A stretch of 64,000 nucleotides of DNA from Leptonemataceae bacterium. GTDB lineage: Bacteria; Spirochaetota; Leptospiria; Leptospirales; Leptonemataceae. The stretch is from the NCBI GenBank assembly GCA_965227295.1, contig OZ245742.1, forward strand, positions 1,024,001 to 1,088,000. The letters run 5' to 3'. The notes under the pieces are model-generated. The model was not told the DNA's origin and searched no databases. It saw nothing but the letters and a program-made list of their open reading frames with translations. A program made the position numbers and the translations under genes. Shown here in pieces: positions 58,196 to 64,000 of this stretch; position 1 is the first letter of the stretch, and each line of letters starts with the position of its first letter.

Positions 58196-60652
58196 ATGCC
58201 CACAATGCAGCAAAATCATTTCGTCCTGGTTACGATCCTCTCGATTTTCCTGATCCTCGTCGCCTTCCAGTATCCTTCGCTCCCTACCGCCCACGAAGCC
58301 GACGCGCCGCCGGCCGCCTTCTCCGCCCATCGCGCGCTGGAACATGTGCGGAGCCTGGCCGGGGAACCCCGCCCCACCGGCTCGCCTGGAAACGAGCGGG
58401 CCCGGCAGTATCTCATCGAGCAACTGCGCGCCATCGGTCCGGAGCTGGAGATCGAAACTCAACCGGCCGCGGTCGTGCGCGGCGCCGTGTCCGGTCTGGT
58501 CAGCGGCGCCCGCCTGGAGAATGTCATCGCCCGACTCCCCGGCACGGATTCCAGCGGAACCATCTTGCTCATGGCTCATTATGACAGTGTGCCCAACGGT
58601 CCCGGCGCCAATGATGATGCGGCGGGCACTTCGGTTGTACTGGAGAGCCTGCGTGCGCTCTACGCAAGCGGCCCCCACCGCAACGACGTCATCGCGCTGT
58701 TGACCGACGCCGAGGAACGCGGCATGCTCGGGGCCCGCGCATTTTACGAACAGCATCCGCTCGGCAAAACACCTGCGGCCATCCTGAACTTCGAAGCCCG
58801 CGGCAACACCGGCGTTGTCTTAATGTTCGAAACCGGCGCGAACAATCACTGGCTCATTCGCGAGTTCGCGGCGACCGCGGATCGCATTGCCGCCAGTTCC
58901 GTGGCCGCCGCACTCTTTCGCATTCTCCCGTACGGCACCGATCTTGCCCCGTTCAAAGAGGGTGGATTGTCCGGGCTGAACTTCGCCTACATCGACGGTC
59001 CGCTACGCTATCACTCCGTGCTGGACAACGCGGACAGCGTGGACCCGCGCAGCCTGCAACACGACGGCGACCTGGCGCTGCCGCTCACTCGCCGGCTTGC
59101 TGCGATGGATCTCACTGCGACTCGCGAATCGAGCGGCGATGCGATCTTCTTCAACGTGGGCAATCGACTGGTCTATTACTCGACCGTGCTCGCCTGGCCG
59201 CTGTTCGTTCTGGCCTGCGCCGGCTACGTCTTTTTCGTCTACCTGGCCTTCGGTCACCGCGGTCCGGGCCTGCGCGCGGGTGGCAGTATGCTGGGCTTCT
59301 TCGCGGTTGTCCTCGGATGTGTGCTCGTACCGCTGCTACTGGCTGGAACCTGGTGGCTGGTACGCCTCGTGCTAACGGACTACGCGGCCCTGGCGTACGC
59401 CGGGGAGGTCTACCAGTCCGTGTACTTTAAGTTTGCGTTTGCGATCCTGGCAGTGCTCGGTTGCGTGCTGTTGTGGCGACTATGGCTGCGCTGGTTTCGC
59501 TTCGTCGATCTCTTGCACGGCGGCATCATCTTCTGGCTGCTCGCCGGAGCATTGACGACGGCCCTGGTGCCCGCCGCGAGCTATCTATTCACGCTGCCCA
59601 TGATCGTATACACACCGTGCGCGGCCTTAAGCATCGTACGCATTCGCAAAGAACCGTCGTTGCATACGGTGAATCTTACGGCGAGCGGTGCGCTGCTCGC
59701 TCTGTTCCTGTTCGTTTCCCTGGCGCGTTTTCTCTTGTTTCAATTGCTGAACGTCACAACGTTCGCGGCAGGCAGCGTGCTGATCGTAGTCCTGTTCGTT
59801 CTCTACGTCCCCGCTCTGGCATACATAAATGCGCGGTCACCCATGTCCCTGGCCGGACTGCGCCGACAGCCTCCCTGGCGTTTCGCGGCGGCGGCGCTCT
59901 TAGTTGTATTTATTGTACTGTTAACGACCGGCCTGGTGCGTTCCCGCTTCGGCAGGGATCAGCCCCGCCCCAACAGCGTCGTCTACGCCCTGAACGCCGA
60001 CGACAACGCGGCACATCATCTTTCCTGTGACGTACACCTGGATGCCTGGACGCGTGCGTTCTTCCCGCCGGATCGGCTCGACGACGATAAGGCCTTCCAG
60101 CCATACATTCCTGTGCTCAAGCGTTGCATTCCCGGCTGGAATCGGCCGCACCGGGCGGCAGCTTCAGTTCCGGAACGGCCCGGCGATCTGCGCGCCCCGG
60201 CGGTTGACCTGCTGGTGGATCGCCGCACGGTGGACGGTCGCCGCTTGCGGCTGCGCTGGCGTTCTCGGCGGGACGCGCCGGTGCTCTTCGGCTTTTTGCG
60301 GCCCACGGACGGTTCGAGCATTGCGGCCCTCAGCGTGGACGGAGTTGCCGTGGAACTGCCGGAACGACAGACGCCGGGATTTCTGAGAAGCCTGGCCTCC
60401 AGCGCGGTGGTGATGGATGATTGGACGACGATTTCGTACGCCATTAGCGGGCGTCGCAAAGAAATCATCATCGAAGTCGAGCTCACCGCCGCGGCCGTTG
60501 AAGCGACGCCGGGCCTGGAACTCCGGCTCATGGATCACACCACCGGCCTGCCCGCTTTTCTCGCCGCACCGCCACGTCCCGCCGGCACAATGCCCGGGAT
60601 GCGCTATCCGTTCGGCGACGGCGCGTTCGTGTATGTGCGGCGGGTGTTCTGA
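58196..60652 (+). CDS. M28 family membrane metallopeptidase
   Basis: MAHYDSV, GANDDAAG, TDAEERG, NFEARG, YHSVLD, followed by multiple TM helices. Confidence 0.92.
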   Translation: MPTMQQNHFVLVTILSIFLILVAFQYPSLPTAHEADAPPAAFSAHRALEHVRSLAGEPRPTGSPGNERARQYLIEQLRAIGPELEIETQPAAVVRGAVSGLVSGARLENVIARLPGTDSSGTILLMAHYDSVPNGPGANDDAAGTSVVLESLRALYASGPHRNDVIALLTDAEERGMLGARAFYEQHPLGKTPAAILNFEARGNTGVVLMFETGANNHWLIREFAATADRIAASSVAAALFRILPYGTDLAPFKEGGLSGLNFAYIDGPLRYHSVLDNADSVDPRSLQHDGDLALPLTRRLAAMDLTATRESSGDAIFFNVGNRLVYYSTVLAWPLFVLACAGYVFFVYLAFGHRGPGLRAGGSMLGFFAVVLGCVLVPLLLAGTWWLVRLVLTDYAALAYAGEVYQSVYFKFAFAILAVLGCVLLWRLWLRWFRFVDLLHGGIIFWLLAGALTTALVPAASYLFTLPMIVYTPCAALSIVRIRKEPSLHTVNLTASGALLALFLFVSLARFLLFQLLNVTTFAAGSVLIVVLFVLYVPALAYINARSPMSLAGLRRQPPWRFAAAALLVVFIVLLTTGLVRSRFGRDQPRPNSVVYALNADDNAAHHLSCDVHLDAWTRAFFPPDRLDDDKAFQPYIPVLKRCIPGWNRPHRAAASVPERPGDLRAPAVDLLVDRRTVDGRRLRLRWRSRRDAPVLFGFLRPTDGSSIAALSVDGVAVELPERQTPGFLRSLASSAVVMDDWTTISYAISGRRKEIIIEVELTAAAVEATPGLELRLMDHTTGLPAFLAAPPRPAGTMPGMRYPFGDGAFVYVRRVF

Positions 60653-60664
60653 ACGAGAATGCTG

Positions 60665-61561
60665 TCAATCTGAGCTTTTGACCGGCCGACGCATTTGCGC
60701 CCGCACACCCATCACACTGCCGAGGACGATCAGCCCCGCGCCGCCCAGGGTGCGCAGATCCACGGTTTCGTCTAGAATCAAAACAGCAAAAGTTAGCGAG
60801 ATGGGCAGGTAAGCGTAGTAAACAGTGCTTGTGGTCTGCGGCGGCAGCACCGTGGAGACACGCACCCATAACGTATGACTGAGGGCCGTACAAAAGAGCG
60901 TGAGGTATCCAAGCTTCCACCAATCCAGGGCCGGCAGTTCCCAGTCCGTCCACGGGAAGAAGAACGCGAACAGGACGAAGGCAAAGGCGAACTGTCCGAA
61001 GGTCCGCACCTGCGAGGACATGTGTTTGTTGTGCTGATGCAGGATGGGCAGGAGCGCGAAGAGAAACGAACTCACGGCCCCGAGAGCAAGTCCCGCGGCG
61101 ACGTCATTTGACAGGCTGAACTCGGGAACCAGAAAGTAGACCCCTACAATGCAGATGGCCACGGCCAGCACTTCCAGCCAGCGCGGCGGGCGCCGGTAAT
61201 AGACGGCGCCGAGGATCGTGAGAAAGACACCGTAGCCGGCGAGCCCGATGGCCCCGATAGACGCCGACGATGTCTTGATGCTCAGAAAATAGGTGGCCCA
61301 GTGCCCGCCGAAGACCAGGCCGATCACCCCGAGCCATAGCCAGTCGCGTCCGCGGAGCTTTCGCAGCGCGCCGCCCTCCCGGCTCACGAAGATCAGATAG
61401 ATCAAAACGGAACCGAAGAAGAGCCGGAACACGCCGATGGTCCAGGCGTTCGCGGAAAGGGAGCGTATGACCACGGGAACCGAGGCCCAGAGCGTAATCG
61501 CCACGGCCGTTTCAAGAACCAGCCGCGCCGGAGACGGGGACGCTTCGTTCGGATCCTGCAT
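60665..61561 (-). CDS. DMT/EamA family transporter
   Basis: Two EamA-like halves, ~10 TM, HWATYFLSIK, ILDE...GGAGLI. Confidence 0.88.
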   Translation of the reverse strand: MQDPNEASPSPARLVLETAVAITLWASVPVVIRSLSANAWTIGVFRLFFGSVLIYLIFVSREGGALRKLRGRDWLWLGVIGLVFGGHWATYFLSIKTSSASIGAIGLAGYGVFLTILGAVYYRRPPRWLEVLAVAICIVGVYFLVPEFSLSNDVAAGLALGAVSSFLFALLPILHQHNKHMSSQVRTFGQFAFAFVLFAFFFPWTDWELPALDWWKLGYLTLFCTALSHTLWVRVSTVLPPQTTSTVYYAYLPISLTFAVLILDETVDLRTLGGAGLIVLGSVMGVRAQMRRPVKSSD

Positions 61562-61680
61562 GAAACCAGGGGAACGCGAGGCAGCGAGACTGTAAGCCCA
61601 TATTCTCGATTTCCGGGTTGCGCCCAAAGTCCGGAAGAAATGGGCCTTGACATCGACGGGATCGCAAGTCGCCTGATGCC

Positions 61681-63081
61681 GTGGCTGAAACCGAAGACAG
61701 CATTTCGGAGATTCCGGAATTTGATCCGCCGCCGGGCCCGGAAGAAACGGAGGATCGTTTCTTCGGACTGCAGGATCTGGATTCGTTCAAACAGAACTTT
61801 ATCGACGTGAACCGGGGCAAGCCTCTGTTCCTCATCCGCTTTCAGAATATCCAGGGCCTGGATCTGCTGGACTTCATCGAGCTGTTGCGGGATCAGATCC
61901 ACACGATTCTGGACCTGTCCGGCGTCGAATTCGGCTTTCATCACCTGGACACGGACCGCGCCCTGCTCATGGGCATCTCTCCACTGCGCCGCCCCAACAG
62001 CGAAGACAACGTCCCGAACATTGATAACGCCATCGGTCGTTTCCACGACTACTGCTCCCGCAAACAAATTTGCGGCTTCGACTTCGGCATCGGCCGAACC
62101 CAGTGCAACTTCGTCTCGAACGTCGACGAAATCTACGAGGTCCTGGCTCAGTCATCCAACAAGAACCTGCACGACAACCTCATCCGCTGGAGCTGGACCT
62201 ACTTCAACCGCGCGAACACCTACTTCTCCGGCGACGCCCACGAGGCCGTCATTCAGCCCACGGTCTACTTTGATCCGCGATCAAAAACATTCACCGTTCG
62301 GGGCGGCGAGGTCTTCGTCGGCGGCGGCCTTTACCAGGGCTACCACCAGTTGATCAGCGACATTCCGCCCGGAGAAGATTTAGAGCGAATCGAGTTGCTC
62401 ATCTTCGAAAAGCTGATCATCGCCTGCGAGAAGACGCCGGGCACTCTAAAATTCAACATCAGTCCGCAGACCCTCCTCGATACGTTTTCGAGCCATGAAC
62501 GCGTCGTGCGTTTGAATCGATTGCTGCACGCACGCGGCCTGAATCCCCAGAACGTGCGCTTCGAACTCGTGGAGAAACCGTACGAAGAAACGGAGAAGCT
62601 GCTGAAAGAAGTCTGCCAGGATTTCTACAACTACGGCATCACCTTTGCAGCGGACGATTTCGGCGTGAAGTCGCAGTCGCACCAGGTCATCCTGGACCTG
62701 GGGATCATGATCAAGGAATTCAAGCTGGATCCCATTTCCTTCAAGTTCAAGGCCGACGAGGATCGCACGAAGTTCCTGGACAACCTGGCCTTCATCGCCT
62801 ATTGCAAACGACTGGCGGACAACCGGGAGGCGGGCATCACCGCCGAAGCCGTCGAAGACTACGACACGCTCTGTTTCTTAATGGAGCACGCCATCCACCA
62901 GTACCAGGCAAACATGTTCTGCGGTAAAATGCCCGTGGTCCGCTACCGTGAGGAATTCGAAAACATGTCCGGTCTCCCCGAGGACGTGGCCCGGGAGATC
63001 TTCACGCACCCGGAATTGTGGGAACAGCAGCGCCAGCGACAGAACATCTTTCTATTCGCGAAAGAACGCGGGCTGTTTTAA
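61681..63081 (+). CDS. EAL-domain protein (variant signature)
   Basis: IQP, GGEVF, FNISP, FELVE, ADDFG, FKLD, AEAVED. Confidence 0.82.
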   Translation: MAETEDSISEIPEFDPPPGPEETEDRFFGLQDLDSFKQNFIDVNRGKPLFLIRFQNIQGLDLLDFIELLRDQIHTILDLSGVEFGFHHLDTDRALLMGISPLRRPNSEDNVPNIDNAIGRFHDYCSRKQICGFDFGIGRTQCNFVSNVDEIYEVLAQSSNKNLHDNLIRWSWTYFNRANTYFSGDAHEAVIQPTVYFDPRSKTFTVRGGEVFVGGGLYQGYHQLISDIPPGEDLERIELLIFEKLIIACEKTPGTLKFNISPQTLLDTFSSHERVVRLNRLLHARGLNPQNVRFELVEKPYEETEKLLKEVCQDFYNYGITFAADDFGVKSQSHQVILDLGIMIKEFKLDPISFKFKADEDRTKFLDNLAFIAYCKRLADNREAGITAEAVEDYDTLCFLMEHAIHQYQANMFCGKMPVVRYREEFENMSGLPEDVAREIFTHPELWEQQRQRQNIFLFAKERGLF

Positions 63082-63098
63082 GAACAAATCCTCCGGGC

Positions 63099-63998
63099 TT
63101 AGTCCGGCGTCAGGCGCCGCGGAGAATAGACGCCGGGACGTAAGACCTCGTGATCGTAGCGCTGGACGTCCTCCGGTTTTTCCACGATGTTCTCCGGCGG
63201 CGGCTCATCCAGCTCCGCGAAGTCCAGTTCGTCCCAGAAACGATCAAAGGCGCTGGCCTTGCCGATCCCCAGGCGATAGTAACTATCCGCGTGATTCAAC
63301 AGGAGGGCGTCCCGGTCCTCGGTAATACCGGCGTTAAAAAGCAGGCGCTCCACTTCCTCGTACTTCACGACGGCCGGATTGGCCGGCTGGGTGAACGAGT
63401 TTATGCGGATGTGCACCAGGATGCGATAACGCGTGGCGTGGCGACCGCGCTCGAAGGCGTCGGCCAGTTTCACCAGGCGGTTCACGTAGTTCGTCGGCGG
63501 ATTCACGTTCTGCTCCGCAACCACCAGGCGACGGCAGAGCTCGACTTCCCGCAGTCCCTTCTTTAACCACTGCTTCACGTGAGGCGGCTGCTTTTCGTTC
63601 AACACTCGCCCGGCGAGCAGAATCAACTCCGCGTTTTCCTGGAGGCGTTTCCGCTCCACCACCCGCTCGTAGAGTTGAATCAAGAGCAACTGACTCTTTT
63701 GCAGATTGCGATAGGCCTGATGGTAGCGCACACCGTAGAACTCGGCCTCCGCCCGAATGTGCCACAGGATGGAGCGGCGATAGATCGCCAGGTCCCTGGA
63801 ATCACCGAAGTTGCTGACGGCGGTATTGATCTTATCCAGATACTTGAGGTTCAGCTCCAGGCCGATCCGACTCCGGTCCTCAGCTCCGGCGATTACCGGC
63901 ACCGCCGGCTCTTCGATTCTCCGCAACGACAGCACTTCCTCGGCCCCGACAGGCATGAGTCCCGCCGAAACAGCCCCAAGCAGCGCCAGGATTCCCAT
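63099..63998 (-). CDS. Exported helical protein, OmpL37-like (start may lie outside the window)
   Basis: Signal peptide; INTAVSNFG...H......F....Y..AY..L..SQ.....LY resembles the recalled leptospiral OmpL37 family pattern. Confidence 0.5.
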   Translation of the reverse strand: MGILALLGAVSAGLMPVGAEEVLSLRRIEEPAVPVIAGAEDRSRIGLELNLKYLDKINTAVSNFGDSRDLAIYRRSILWHIRAEAEFYGVRYHQAYRNLQKSQLLLIQLYERVVERKRLQENAELILLAGRVLNEKQPPHVKQWLKKGLREVELCRRLVVAEQNVNPPTNYVNRLVKLADAFERGRHATRYRILVHIRINSFTQPANPAVVKYEEVERLLFNAGITEDRDALLLNHADSYYRLGIGKASAFDRFWDELDFAELDEPPPENIVEKPEDVQRYDHEVLRPGVYSPRRLTPD

Positions 63999-64000
63999 TC

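Overview
GC-rich bacterial chromosomal segment, probably from a Leptospiraceae-type spirochaete. That assignment is an inference from gene content (7TM-DISM/SpoIIE phosphatase, OmpL37-like protein, stand-alone HATPase, Flavo-1-like repeats); no database search was possible. Most of the window is housekeeping or envelope genes: argG, rtcB, prfB, PBP/FtsI, lepB, xseA, queE-queD-queC, kdsB, gyrA, a four-glycosyltransferase operon and an ABC exporter. One complete IS481-family element (10815-11969) has terminal IRs and a 7-bp target duplication. The most unusual signals are as follows. (1) A ~140-235 bp diverged non-coding element occurs three times (7.2, 10.7, 49.4 kb), always starting within a few bases of a stop codon and in the same polarity; the IS481 has inserted into the end of one copy. 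(2) A low-GC orphan P-loop ATPase gene is bracketed by ~35-bp inverted repeats. (3) An inverted pair of covarying, Flavo-1-like structured repeats follows prfB. (4) A crotonyl-CoA carboxylase/reductase, missed by the ORF track, carries pocket-widening substitutions and lies divergent from a FabH-FabG pair. No tRNA, rRNA or CRISPR array was seen.
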